Made by a program: the position numbers and the translations under genes. From positions 37,634,001-37,698,000 of the forward strand of contig OX597818.1 in NCBI GenBank assembly GCA_951406725.2: a stretch of 64,000 nt of DNA, written 5' to 3'. The notes below the pieces were generated by a model. It was given only the letters and a program-made list of their open reading frames with translations, did not search any database and was not told where the DNA came from. This stretch comes from Octopus vulgaris (taxonomy: Eukaryota). Positions 37,358 to 53,294 of this stretch are shown here, piece by piece (positions within the stretch are counted from its first letter, which is position 1; each line of letters opens with the position of its first letter).

Positions 37358-37923
37358 TTGGGTTGTCCGGAAAGTTCGTACCGATTTTTAAAGGAAAGAA
37401 AAAGGTCAATAAATACTTGCCATTACATTTTTAATCAACCAAATATGAACCATTTTGTCGCACAATGCGTCTCCATCTTTCCTTTAACTTGAAAATACCC
37501 TCTTCCCAGAATTGAGATGGTTTCATGGCAAAAAATTCATCAAGGTATCTTTTTACGTCATCCAAGGAATTGAAATTTTTACCATTAAGACTATTCTGCA
37601 GAGACCTGAATAAGTGGAAATCCGAAGGAGCAATATCTGGTGAATATGGTGGGTGGGGTAACACATCCCAGCCGAGCTGCAGCAATTTTTGTCTGGTTCC
37701 CAAAGCATCAAATGCCGAAAATGAACTTTCTTATCTTCCATTTTAAAGGGTTATAGAATTAACACAGGTTATAGGAGCATAAACCTTTTTCCACGAAAAG
37801 ATAGCTTAAACTGTGCTCTAAATGGAGGTGTAGTCAAATCCTATTTTATGAACTCAACCATGTTCTAAAATAAGTCGAAAGGTAAGCTACTATAAATCGG
37901 CATGAACTTTCCGGACAACCCAA
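37358..37923 (-). mobile_element. internally deleted mariner transposon
   Basis: About 30-bp TIRs ttgggttgtccggaaagttc; N-terminus MEDKKVHFRHLMLWE fused to a C-terminus with HPPYSPDIAPSDFHLFRSLQ. Confidence 0.92.
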
Positions 37924-38051
37924 TACTATGCAGCAACTAACAAACTAGACAGAAAGAGCAAATTAATTGGACATCATTGTAAGTGGAGATCTTGTACACT
38001 AATACGTAATACAATATTTTAAAGCGTAACACAATAAAGACATTAAAAATT

Positions 38052-38122
38052 AAGACGTTAGAAGCCATCACCCAAAGGTATTTGAAGACGTTAGAAGCCA
38101 TCACCCAAAGGTATTTGAAGAC
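38052..38122. repeat. 33-bp tandem duplication
   Basis: aagacgttagaagccatcacccaaaggtatttg x2. Confidence 0.9.
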
Positions 38123-38739
38123 ATCCCTATGACTCTAACCACACTTCAGCTCACTTCAGAACGCTAATTTTTATTTCATTTCATGTAATCTTTCATGTTA
38201 CACTAACTAAAATTTTATATTCAATATTTTAATCTCGGAAAAGAAAGACTATTGTACTTTACTGAATTTATTTCTTTTAAAATTATCAAGTTACTTTAAG
38301 TGCTCAATCTTCGATGTACTTTAGATTTTTTTGAACTGGCAAAGTTGTTTCCGATCATTTTTTTTGTAATATTTATATAATTAGTTACTTTTATGTCTTT
38401 TTTACTTCATTGGACTTTTGGTTATAAACAGTCCCTTTCTAAAATTTCGCAAGTTTTGTATTATATTTAATCGTAATTGCTTTAATAAGTAATATATAAA
38501 ATAAGTTACAACGGCAAAGCTATAGATGTGAAATACGAACTTTTAACGAGTGATTCACTTTATCCGTGCATGCCATGTAATTTCCATCAAGATAACAAAT
38601 ATATGATTCTTGTTACAAATAGAGGTGTCGGAGTCGGTGCAACTATATAAAGAGGAAGCGGGGTTTAAGATTTTGCATATCCACTCTACAGCCTTGATCA
38701 CGCGTGCAGTAACTAAGCCTTCTACTATGCACCACCATC

Positions 38740-39040
38740 AATCTAACTGACTTTCTCTCTGCTCTCTCTGGGAAGTTTAACTTCGGAATAACCCTGTGAC
38801 CTTCGAGTGTTACGGGTCACTTCAATACTCACCAACTGTTTGTACTGAATTATAAAGGTCGATGTCAGTACCTGTATCTCTGGCTCTGACTTTTGGCCAC
38901 AATTTTCCAAGTAGTGCGCCAGCAGGGTATGGATCTGCTGTTTGCAACAAAGGCGCAAATATTATCCGCCTCGCCCTTTCTTGAATAAATTCTAGTGCAA
39001 GAAGATATTTTCTATCTCGACACACAAATTCCTCACTTCT
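38740..39040 (-). mobile_element. degraded CR1/L2-like LINE C-terminal fragment
   Basis: KYLLALEFIQERARRII and TRRSQGYS resemble the LE.IQRRA and TRGH motifs. Confidence 0.4.
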
Positions 39041-41012
39041 TTTTCCTAGAGTAAGCTCATATCAAGGAACACGTGACGACCCAATACACTTACAAAAGAC
39101 GACATCTTGTTGTCAGTGGTGGTGTTGGTGGTGGAAATGATGTCGTTGCCATTTATACTGTCATCCATTTAAATTAACGTTTCCAACACTACGCTTATTC
39201 ATGTTTTCCATTGCACAACAGCAAGTGATTATGCTTGAAGCCGAGTCAGTTTGTTTAATTTTCATGCTATCATTTTTTTTTAAAGTCAGCTCTTGTTTTT
39301 GAAAACGAAGTGGACGCTCAAATGATTTTCCAATTAACAAGGAAGTTATCCTTATATCTTCCTGACTGGAATACATCATCATTTTCACCTTTTCATTTTC
39401 GAGCGAAATGTTTACAAATGTACATCGAGATTGCTTACGCAATATAGTTCATGGCAGTCAGTTGTGTGTGTGTGTGTGTGTGCGTATGTTTGAATATATG
39501 GTTTTGAGGACGATATAGCCCAGTGTAATTATGATCAATTACGAAACATCTGTGCATACGCATGAACTGTTTTCAGAAAAATTTATTCATTATGAGTGAG
39601 AAGTCTACGCTGCGCTTAAGTGTGTAAGGTGTGTGTGTATATATTCATAATGTATATATTACATATATTCTTACATATGTATATATATATATATGTACAT
39701 GTATGAAGTATGTATGTATGTATGTATGTATGTATGTATGTATGTATGTATGTATGTATGTATGTATATTATAGTTATGTGTATATGTATATGTATGTAT
39801 GCGGTCTCTGTGTGCGAGAATGTGTATGTTTGTTACTTGCGTAACGTTTTAGGGATTTGTATAGAGGTACATATATAGGAATTACAAATCTTGCCAGGAA
39901 TGCAGCAATGTGCTGAGATGTGGAGGGAGGAGGGAATACGCGTGCGCGTGAGTGTGTGTGTGTGTGTGTATGTGTGTGAGTGCGTGTGCGTGCTTGTGTG
40001 TGCATTTCTGTGTGTTTGTGTGTCTAAAAGATTAGCAATATATACTTTAAGATGGCGGAAGTAATGAAAAACTGCTTCTTCTTTTAACGTGGTTTCCGGC
40101 AATGTTTCGCTACTTTAAATTTCATTTAAGCGTATAAAAAATTATTCCCCACCCTGCACTTACATAGACATCAAAATTATATTTCATTTACTTCAGGCAG
40201 AAACATTATAGCTGGTTTGCTGCGAATTCTATTATGAAATTTGCAAAATAGGCTTAAAATCGGGATGGGTTACTGACATACTATTCCATTATTTCTGCTG
40301 GTATCAACGTGGGAGTCTCAACGTGGTTTGTAGATATGCTGGATATAGCAGCCAAATATTCCTTCAATCCCATCCTGACATCTTAGGAAAGAGGGACTCA
40401 TTGGATAATATTATCTTAGTGTGTTGTGTGTTGTGCCTGGTGTGGTTACAGTTAGGATGCGTTTGATCGTAGCTCTGCATGATTAGAACTAACTTGAAAT
40501 TAAACAACAACAACAGGAACATCAGCCGCAATTTCTATTTGATATTTTGGCCATTATGTATAGATGTTATAAATATATACAAGGAATCTTTCTCCGTGTT
40601 GTAAGAGGCTTTATAAAACATTTAGGAATAATTCCTTGGATTTCTTTTGAAGTAAATATCTGGAATAAATCCGATAGAGTACAGGTCATGAAAAACGACC
40701 TAATTCATTATAGACTAGTGTTTCTAGAAACGTTCTTCTCCCAAGATTCCTTTTTAACAGACGAATATTCTCAAGAGCCTCTTTCAGTGTAATTAAGTTC
40801 AATACATAATAAAATAGCATAAAACGTGATTGATTATTTTAAACAAACGAAAAAATTATTGCCAATAACAATTCAAAACTTAGAACATTTTTAACGATAT
40901 ACATACAAGATCACACAAAATTTTACTATTAGCCTTTCCACTATAGGCACAAAGCCTGAAATTTTGTGGGAAGAGATAACTTGATTACATCGACTCCAGT
41001 GCTCAACTGGTA

Positions 41013-41525
41013 CCGTAAATCCTCGAGTATAGTCTCCCCTTGAGTATAATACGCAGGGGATTTTTTAGGGGGATGTACCTTTGAAAAACCTAAACCTTGT
41101 GTATAATACGCACCCCTTCTCTAACTTGAGTCAAGGAGGTCTATATAACGTCCTTGGTTTGTAAAAATGTATACGGTAACGTCCTTTATTATTATTGTAT
41201 ATATAACATAATGCAAATGTGTAGCTTTTTTCGTGCATTTTGTTTGCAGAAAATAAAGAAATAACAGAAATAACGTTTAATAAATGTTGCTTACTGCAAG
41301 TTATGGATGATTCTTTTATGACTTCATTGCTTTCAGGCTTAGCTTGAGGTATTTTCGCGCCCGACATCGCAAAATGCGTCTGAATACACATAGCCAGACA
41401 GCAAATAGAGACTCGGATTTTTCTTAGAAAATAATTTTCATTCTTAACCTCGTATATAGTACGCACTAGGGATTTTGACCTTTAAATTTTGGGAAAAAAT
41501 GCGGATTATACTCGAGGATTTACGG
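41013..41525. mobile_element. Tc1/mariner-pogo-type MITE, second copy
   Basis: Same TIRs, TA TSD, inserted in an S1-like remnant. Confidence 0.85.
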
Positions 41526-42918
41526 TACTTATTTCATCGACAATTACAAAAAGTGTCTTGTATGAATGTCTCCAGTGGGAAGTTGCTGTGCCGAAGCGCA
41601 TCACATTCACTTTGTCAGTGATGTTCTTAAGGAAAAACCCCATGTTCTTAATAGCTGAACCGTATTATATTCACCACCGCCGTTTAAAATTTCACAGAAA
41701 TAAGTGTAACAGAAATTGTTGAAAAGCTACCATTGCTAATTCAGATTGTATTGAAAATGGTGTATTCACATTTACCCAAAATATATTCAATTTATATATT
41801 TAATTATTCATTTCTTCCAAAAATTTCAGTTTGAATCGCATGACAACTCTGCAAACCCTACTTGAGCCTTCAAAGAAAGATGTTTAACCAGTTTCATTGT
41901 TATAATAAACAGGCTTGAATCCAATCTAATTTTTAGCATTGTCTATGTCGGGTCAAAAATATCTGCAAGATTGTTTTCCCATCCACACTGAAAGCTTGAT
42001 AATGATATGCTTCATAGATTTAAGAGACAAATTAGTCTTACAGACAAAACCATAAGTCTAAGGAAACATTTCTTGCCTGTAAACAAGCAAGAAATGTTTC
42101 CTTTAAATTTACCTTTCAAAATGATAATTTTGGTGTTGTGTTCTCTTCTCGTAGAGAACAATTAAGTTAACTGAACTTCTCAGTTATATACCCTAAATAG
42201 TATAATTATCAAAGCCAATTTTCATCACGAAAGAATTCTTGAAATTTTAGTCATTTTTTCTCTGAAAAGCACAAAATCCTGTATTTTTTCCCCCTTGTAT
42301 TTTAAAGCCTTATTAGTTTTTCTTTTTTCCTAGGCCTTATCAATTTCTTTTTTTTCCCCTCGCTTTTTATATGAGGGAAAAATAAAGTTTGCTAAACTCG
42401 GATCCAATATCCTATCAGAGATTCGCGAATAGGTGGCTATCCGATGCGTGACATTTAATGAAGTCGATCATTTTAACGGCATCTCGTATTACCTACCACA
42501 CTTCAGATATGAAACTTTTTTTTTTCCTTTTTTGGCTGCTCCTGATTCTTCACGAATCATGTCAGAAGTGAAAGAAATAAGTATGTAAATATAGTTTAGT
42601 GTTAGAACCTGATATGACATACTCTACCGATGCTTTTCATGGTTTCTCCCCTCATACTTTAGCCTGTGTAGGCTGAAAGACCCTGAGTTGTAATGCAGTC
42701 AATTATCAGCTTCGAAAGAATTGGATCTACTATACGCATTGGGTATTTTCTCTTGCTTTTGTTTTCTTTTTTTTTTGTTTCACACACACACGTATCAAGT
42801 CTTTGTTTTTATGTCATGTTATATATGGAAACAATTTAACATTAATCGTTTTAGTAGAGTACATATTTGTACTCTAGCAAGCTCAAACTTCAAAGTTACT
42901 GTCACCCCCTGTTACAGT

Positions 42919-42976
<58 letters not shown>

Positions 42977-43359
42977 CGTCAACAAATGGGATCTTGAGAT
43001 GCTCAATATAAAAAACACTTTACCAAGGACTAAGTCCGCAGAGTAAAGATTATACAGTAGTGTTCAAAATTAGAGAATGAAAATAAAATTTAAAGATATT
43101 TACATTTCTACTTCATTTTCCCAAACAGGATTTTTACTGTATATACTTTAAAACATGTTCATTCTTTACAATAAATTTTGTAGGAAGTGATTAACTAAAC
43201 AATTTGTAATAGACAAAAATGAATGTCTATTTGAAATATATAAGATGCACAAAATTAAAATTTTCTCCGTCCATTTGAGGCTATGATCGAGGAAATCTAT
43301 TTAAAGTGATTCCCAATTTGCTGGAACTTACAGCCACGTGATTGCAAAGCCATACTTTA

Positions 43360-43457
<98 letters not shown>

Positions 43458-44572
43458 GTAGGTAAATTAATCCCCCAAAATTACAACCCTCGATAATTGA
43501 AAGATAAAAACATTGAATTTTTAAAAGAATTATTGATGGATATAATATTTTTAGACTGAAGTGTGGAACTACTCTCGTGAATAAAGCTGTTTAAGTAACT
43601 CATGGGAAATCCATGTTCTTGTGACATTGGACTCGTTTCATTCTGCGGGTGGGAATAGATAGTAAAATAGACTGGTGACTTTTCGAAGTGAAAATACTTC
43701 TTGCATGTTGAACCTTCAGCTGAAGCGCCATTATGGACGGGTTCTGTACATCGTAGGTTGATGTATAACTGTGACCTATTTTTTATGATTTTACCAAATA
43801 ATCTTGTAACCAAGCAATGGTTGTTCTTAGTGCTTAAACCCAGCTTAGACCGGCTCAATCAGATTTATGATAAAGTGTGGCCCACCTGTGACTATTCCAC
43901 CTTTTCAGACGTGCTGCATCTACAAATACATTATTCTGTGTGTTCCCCTATTTTTAAAGACGGTTAGGATTTGATTTGAGGGCTGTTTGTGAACTATTTC
44001 TAGCCGATCGAGTATTAGTATTAGTATTGTTCAACCAATAGTTATGAGTACACTCGCTCGGCCAGCTAAATCGAAATAAAACTACTCCTTTTCCCATTAT
44101 TATGGCTGAGAATATTAATTACCTTTTTATTTTCTTCAAGTCTATTCGTAAATTGATGAATAAATGAAAAAATGTACAACGAGAGAAAAAAAGAACGAGA
44201 GAGAGTGAGTGTGTGTGGACGTTCTTAATTCTCAAGAATTTCATTGGAAACGCTGGGCTCTGAATTATAAACGGCTCAGTTCACCCAATCACCAATGTAG
44301 AACACGCTAACTGGAAAGTTTAGATTTAATGGCTTGGAAAAGTTAAGTTATTTTAGCAGTAACTCATCTAAGGAATTCGGATACGTAGCTTTTTTAAACC
44401 GTTAATGACTGGAGTTTGTGGAGAGGGATATGAGGCTGGGGAAGATCTTCCAACGGGATTTCGTTATATTAAACACTGGCAGGGGGAAAGCATTTAAAAT
44501 GATGTCTTACGTTGTAGGACAGTGATTGAGCTGTGGGAGCAGTGGGGTTGTTTAAATTAATGGTTGTTGTTG

Positions 44573-44604
<32 letters not shown>

Positions 44605-46904
44605 GGTGGTGGTGGTGGTGGTGGTGGTGGTGACAGTGGTGACAGTGGTGATCATAGCGATGGTATATAATCAGTAAGTTCAGAGAGACAAAAACTATTT
44701 ATCCAAAGTCGCTTTGGATGAGCAGTAGCAGATTATACAGCGTCATTGTTAACCAATGATTGTAAAAAGGAATCTCCGCGAGGTAGAGTAGTTTATAGAA
44801 CTACATATATAACTAAAGAACTAACTCGGAAGAAAAAGTTAACTTTGAGTTTATTAGTTTTCGTAGTCTACTGAGAACTTGAATGGTTAATCATTTCTTA
44901 TTTTTATTCAAAGATATGAAATTCAGTTTTTACGACACGAATAATTTATTGCGTTTTAATGGTTTTTAAAGTACAAGCGTTTCTAGTTTTCTATTTGTGA
45001 TAACCTTGGACTTAAATCCATTCTTTAGTTTACTATCATTTCAGCTGTGTTAATACGCCTTTCTACTACTAAAATCTTCAACGATATCAGCTACTGTATA
45101 TAAACAGGAGAGTAACAAATATGCCTAAATAATTGACAGTAATGAGCTTCGTAGACAAAGGACAATAAAAACGTTACTCCACATAATAGGAAGTTGTTTT
45201 GAATCGTTTAAATAAATGCTTGCTATGAAAGAGAACATGTGTTAGTAGCTTTAAAGATCAAAGCAAAGGCCTACAGCGAATAATTGCATTAAATGTTATG
45301 GTTGGAAAGGCTAAAAAGACAATCTGGACGTGCCCTGCGGGATGCAATCGAGTTGAAGCTACTTTGGTTTTAGAAACGAAACTATATTAGTGTGGTTGAG
45401 TGGTTTGGCAATTAAAATACTAATTAGTTATCGTTTATATTTGGCGGTGTCACAAGAAAGGCGTTGATAAAACATCAGTTTTTACCGGTCGAGTTTCGTA
45501 AATTTGTTCTGCAGAGATGTACTTCAACAGAAGCAGATGAAAGAGGAACGGAAATCTGCAGCTGTTTGGGTGGATCGTTAGAATGAGTTACCCAGAATTT
45601 TGGACAATAATTCGATTCATGTCGTTTCACTTATTACTTATTAAATTCATTTTTAATTTGAAATCCATGAAACTGAAATACACTCAAACAAAAATCAGAG
45701 AGTTGGGTGTAACATAAGTTTCGAATTGAATTTCAATTGGGAATTGATATCCAATGAAATATTGAATTAATCTATATACCTACTCGAGTTCGACTTTCAA
45801 TTTCAATGTAAAAATTTTCCTTTTCTTTAAAAAAAAAATAATTTTAAATTTCGATTCGTGATGGTATCTCAATTATATGGAATTGAAAATTGCAAGCGAA
45901 ACCATTAATATTTTGAAATTACATGTTGATAAAACTCAGATGCTTCTTAATTATGCGGGAGTGGGCAGCTTCCATGACTTTTATCAGGGTCTGCCCCTCT
46001 GAAGGGAGAAGGGAGAAAGTTACTTTCAGACCAAGGACCCAACCCTAATGTTTTCAACAAAATTATTACTACTCTCCTAACAGCACCCATGTCGGGATGT
46101 TAAACTAAGCGACGGGTTAAGTCTACTACCCAGAAGAGGAACATTGCATTCGACGGGCTTTCTCACATTTTCCGTCTCCTAAGTGTTTTTCACAAGGCTT
46201 TAGTCAAACCAAGGTTATAGTTCACGGCACTTATTTAACGTATCTTGAGACTGAATCCGAAATGAACATTTAATTGTTAAAGGCACTTCTTAATTAGACA
46301 GCAATGACAACACCAATTAAGCTACGTTTTAAAACTATCACACACACACACACAAACACAAGATGTACTCGCAAGCAGTACGTTGATTTTGAAGTGAATT
46401 TTCTACGGATTTAAGTGTAGAAAATTTCGATTCAATTCTAATTTTTCCGATTCAAAATTCGGTTCAGGAAATCTCTGTTTCTAAAGCAGTATAAAATTAA
46501 TTTAAAGATGAACTTAGCGCAGAGTGAAAACACCTCTATGCGTAAATGTCTGAGTGTGTGTGTGTGTGTGTGTTTGATGGGAATTTCATAACTACACATG
46601 AAAGCTTGCTCAAGTAGTATGAAATTTATGATTTTAAAAGATCATATAGCGAGCGTCAGCTTCAATCTATGTACAACTACCAACTGGAACAAAATCTTGC
46701 TTCACAAATGTGTGTGCATGCGAGTATATGTAGATGCTTATACTTACGTATGTATAACTGTATATTTTATATATGTATATGTATACACACACATACATAT
46801 ATATAGAGAGAGAGAGGGAGAGATAGATTGATAAAAAGATAGATAGATAAATAGATAGATATACAGATAGATAGATAGATAGATAAATAGATAGACATAC
46901 AGAC

Positions 46905-46984
<80 letters not shown>

Positions 46985-47331
46985 GATCATAAGCAGATGT
47001 AAATAAAGTTTTCGTTTGTTGAAACCAGATGATTATAAAGGGAGGAGAAAGGTGCGGAGAGTATCTTTTCATTATGCGGTCGGGGGCTTACTGAGTAGGG
47101 AGGATTATTTAAGAGTTTTTGTGTTTTCTTAGATAAGATACATGAAATAAGGGTCCCATAACACGAAACTCAAAATACTGTATATACTTTCAAGAAAAGT
47201 TCACAGCCCGACATCGTGAATCAAACGTATCGTATGATACGCAGAAAGAAATGGCTGCATCAGCGCGCGCACACGCACACGCACATCACGCGTACGCACA
47301 TATCTAAAATACAACAGACACACTCATATAC

Positions 47332-47368
<37 letters not shown>

Positions 47369-47479
47369 CGTGCGAAGGTATATGCTTATTATATACTTAT
47401 TTACAGATTTAATGATAATGCCTGACGTTTCAAGGCAACAATGGGGACACTCACTGAAAGAAGGCTTATATTTTTGTGT

Positions 47480-47872
<393 letters not shown>

Positions 47873-48122
47873 GCTTACTTACAGTAAACATATACACATA
47901 TTAAGAAACAGGCACGCACATGTATGTATATATACATGCATGTATGTACATGTACGTGTGTGTGTGTGTGTTTGGGTGTGTATAAAATAAAGAGCCTTTC
48001 CTGCAAAGTTTATCTGCAGGCATGAAAACGATGAGAATATAAAAGTTCGCACGCGTGCGTATGTTACTCGAAATATTTATACTTATACAAAGAACAAGTA
48101 GCTATATTTGAGTTTTATGCGT

Positions 48123-48224
<102 letters not shown>

Positions 48225-48866
48225 ATATTATAAGAAGTTGAAGTTGAAATTTCTGAAAACGTTATTCTGAGCTTCACGGCTCATGTACATACAAACATAC
48301 GTATATGCTATAATATAATTTAGATAGTTATTCAAACGAAGGAAAAGAACTCTCAGTGTGTGTTGCGGAAGTTATTAATTTTAATTAACAGTTTGTAACT
48401 TAACTCAGCATTGTTTAAAGTTTGACACAAAAGTAGGTCTGATCGATCTTTCGTAGGGAGTTGATTTGTAGCGACGACGCATCCAAAAATTCTTAAGATA
48501 TTTGTTTGTCATTAGATAATGTATAAAGTTAATTCCTTTTATTTAGCTCGAGTCAAGGAGCGAGGAACTGCCTGACGACAAACAATTGCTAGGCGTTGCA
48601 GCGATTGCTGAGTGGAAGATAATTCTGATAAAATACATGAAAGTGATCACCCATGCTTACAGTTCATTAGAATTTCAGTAAAATTATGAAATGGTATTAT
48701 AAACTAATGGCTTAAAATTCGCAACTAGAGGGTTCCATTGATGGCAGCAGTTTTTATTCAGAGATACAGCAGGTTGTTTCAAAATATGTAGTTTCCTCCT
48801 GAGACAAAGTTGACAGTTACGAGCTCCAGGAGAATAAAGAGAAGCCATGTCAGGTATGATCTACAG

Positions 48867-51325
48867 CAGTGGTTCTGAACCTGTTCGCTACCACGCCTCT
48901 CCTAGGAATTTGTCCTTCTCTCCACTTGCATCAATGAATAAAATTCCCTCCTAGATTTTAAAATAAAATCTAAAATATGTTTTTTAAAATAAAATCTAAA
49001 ATATGTTTTTAGTCACATCATACAAAATATGTATAATTTTATATATAATCTATTTTACAAAAAGTGAGATACTTGACACTGCTTCTTAGCAAAAAATAAC
49101 ATTTTTTTTATTGAATACGAATTAGTCACATTATTAGTGAGATACTTGATACTGCTTCTTAGCGACAAGATATTGAATGCGTGGCTGAATGCCAGAGAGT
49201 GCACAACGTAAGCCCCTTTCAACGTTTAGCCTGCTTCTGTCCTTGGTCTAGACATCAGCAAGCGTGGAAAGTGCAGCTTCACAAAGATACGTGGATCCAA
49301 ACATAGTTAAAACCCTAAGAGCCTGATGTGAAATCAGAGGGTAAACAGGAAGGTACTTGATCCAGAACGTTTCAAGTCCAGTTGTTTGAAGTCTCCCTTA
49401 GCTGGGAAGTTGAACTTCAGCTCAAGAAACTCTGTTTCCACTTCACCCAAAACATCAGTCACTTCACACTGAAATGCGTTCCTGATGAATTTCCAAGCTT
49501 CATGCTTTTCATCTACATTTGGGAAGTATCTGATGAATTCTGTTTTCAAGTCAGTTAAATGAGTGATTATTTGTTTCTTTAACTCAGAATCAAGGTTACC
49601 GTGAATGAGAACAGAATCCAAATAACTAAAACTGGTTATATTTCCCTGCTGAATTCGACATTTCCAAAGGTCGAGTTTGGCCATGAAGGTTCGAATGGTG
49701 TCGTGGTGTGTGAGAATGTTGATATTTTCCCCTTGTAGTTTAAAGTCGAGAGCATTCAATGCTTCGACGATGTCCACCAGGTAAGCTAGAGACAGATGAA
49801 AGCCTTCAGACTGGAACTTGTCATGGAGATCTGCCTTCTGCTGCAAATCTAGAAATATTGCTACTTCCTCTCATAGTTCATAAAGCTGTCCAAACATGTT
49901 CCCCTTTGATAGTCATCGTGCGTTTGTGTGAAAAAGCAATGTTTCATGTTCAGATTCCATATCTTTACAAAACAGTTTGAAAAGACGACTGTTTAAGGGT
50001 CCACCTTTAACAAAGTTGACAACCTTGAAAGCCACGTTCAAGACTTTTCTCATTTCAGGAGGTAAGGTTCTGATTGCTAAGGCTTCACGATGAAGTATGC
50101 AGTGTGTACTTACAACAGATGGATTTGTTTCTTTCACCCTAGTAATGAATGCAGACTGCAGACCAAGTATGGCTGGAGCTCCCTCAGTGCACATCCCTAC
50201 CAGCAAATCCCATGAAAGTTGGTCTTCCTGAAAGAAGTTTGATACATCACGAATAATAGCTGCTGCTGTTGTAAAACTATCCATAAAGTGACAGAACAAT
50301 ATTTCCTCTTTTACACAATTGCCTGACACAAAACGAGCATATACCAGCAGCTGAGAACACTGGGCGGTGTCAGTCGTTTCGTCACACTGAATGGCAAAAA
50401 CAGGAGAATCTCTTGGTCGAGAATTTGATCTTTGATGTCTTGGGACAAGCCGTCGATATCGTTTGACAGTGAAATCTGGGAAAGCTTGTTTGCATTATCC
50501 TTTCCCAGAACGAGTTCTGCTGCACGGAGTAGACTTAGTTTTATGAGAGACTCTCCGATGTTATGGCTCTTCTTGCTCTTTGCAATCAACATGGCGATCT
50601 CATAGGAAGCTTCAACAACCATTGGAGTTTGTTGCCGAAATTCCCCGCTACCGTCCACCTTAGCTTGCTTCAAGGAATGTTTTTTTTTTTGTTTCAAAGA
50701 ATGCCTTGTGTTTGTATGCAAGAGCAGGATGTGTTGTCTTCAAGTGCTGCTCCAAGCGTGAGGGTCGCACTCCATCATTTCTCAAAGTTTTGTAACATAT
50801 CACGCACTGGGGGAGTTCTGTGTCACCCTTATGGAGGGACACGAATCCAAATCGAATATATTCGTCAAGATACTTCCATTTCTTTGCACTCATTGCAAAT
50901 TATTTGATATGCAGTGGACAGCACACAATTGTAAACAAGGGATAAGACACGTGTAAGGTAAGGTCAAGGCCCGAGTTCTGAAAAAAAAATTAAAACAAAA
51001 AAATGTGGAATAAAAGTTAAATTAAAAGAAAAGTTATACGAAAAATTTGTACAATAAAATATCGCATTAATTTGTATGAAAATATAAAAAAAGTTTCTTT
51101 AAAAAGACAAGAATAGGTTTGAATAAGATTGTTTAGCGCCATTTCAGAGTGAAGTGATAATATTAGCGTATTATTGCCGGACTTTTGTAGCCAGCAGCAA
51201 GCGATAATGAAAGTAATGTAGCAATTTATAAAATTATCTCCACTGAATTTAAAATTAACTTTTAATTACATGTTGCTTTCATAGCTTATTCCACAGCTAC
51301 TTGCTCGTTGATTTGGGACTATAAC
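48867..51325 (-). mobile_element. hAT (Buster/Charlie-type) DNA transposon
   Basis: Terminus cagtggttctgaac at 48867 preceded by atctacag (NNNTANNN target pattern); the other end was not found, so the right boundary is approximate. Confidence 0.75.
49134..50893 (-). pseudogene. frameshifted hAT/Buster (ZBED5/SCAND3-like) transposase
   Basis: BED finger PQCVIC..HLKTTH, SLSND, CDETTD, CTEGAPA, THCILHREAL, LAYLVDI, GSTYLCEAA, ending QYQVSH*; split over at least 5 frame segments. Confidence 0.9.
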
Positions 51326-51395
<70 letters not shown>

Positions 51396-51601
51396 GAGAG
51401 AGAGAGAGAGTGTGTAAATAACATAAATCCAAAAGAAGAAGCACACTCTAATATGTACTGTAAAAAACATTAAAATTATATATATATATATATATATATA
51501 AAGTTAATCCAAACCTGAAAACACAGAGAAAACACAACAACGCGAGGACGTGGAACAAATATAGTATTATTTGACGCTCAGGAAAGAAGGAAAGAAGGAG
51601 G

Positions 51602-51636
51602 GTTTAACGTTTCGAGCGGAGGTCTTCGTCGGAAAC
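51602..51636 (-). ncRNA. minimal hammerhead ribozyme, family A (CCGACGA; stem II mismatch)
   Basis: gttt-CCGACGA-a-gacc(tcc)gctc-GAAA-cgtt-aaac. Confidence 0.65.
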
Positions 51637-51671
51637 ATAGAAGGAAAGATCCAGAGAAGGGAAGACAGAGG

Positions 51672-51709
<38 letters not shown>

Positions 51710-52198
51710 CTCGCGCATTTTTGTCTGTCTCCTCTCCCATTTTTTTCTCCTGTCAAAGCTTGTTCCTCCAGCGTTCGTCACCTCACCTCGTTATGGCTTA
51801 GTAGCCCTTACTGTTTATACTGATTGCGTTGACTGTCCTGTTTTTGTTACCAGCTTTGACCCTCTGCAATTCCCAAATTTTATTTTGCTTTGCGGGAACA
51901 ATTGTCTTCTCGAAGACACGTCTTGTCGTAATTGCTCAAAATGTGGAGTAGATAAACAGCCGACAACTGATGAAGGGTCGTTCTTTATGTTACTTGACTT
52001 GTTTTCCATTTGTTTCTGTCGTTGTTCGCAAAATAGTTCGTGTTTCATGTTGTTTACGTTTTATGACGTCCTGTGCCAATATATGCATATGTGTATACAT
52101 ATATATGCAAGTATGTACATATATGTATGTACATATGCATATATATATTATTCATATTATTATATGATTGAACTCCACGCATCCATTTCCAAATAAGT

Positions 52199-53040
<842 letters not shown>

Positions 53041-53057
53041 TATATATATATTCAAAT

Positions 53058-53107
<50 letters not shown>

Positions 53108-53136
53108 TATATATATTTATGTATGTGTATGTATGT

Positions 53137-53194
<58 letters not shown>

Positions 53195-53261
53195 TATAAT
53201 GTGTATATATATATATATATGTATGTATATACATGTGTATATAGACATATATGTATGTATG

Positions 53262-53294
<33 letters not shown>

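Noticed and set aside
47420-47466. Minus-strand GAAACGTC-aggc with an upstream gcct
   Set aside because: CUGANGA core absent
51960-51995. CTGATGAaggg in a repeat next to family A
   Set aside because: No downstream GAAA; at best a broken ribozyme
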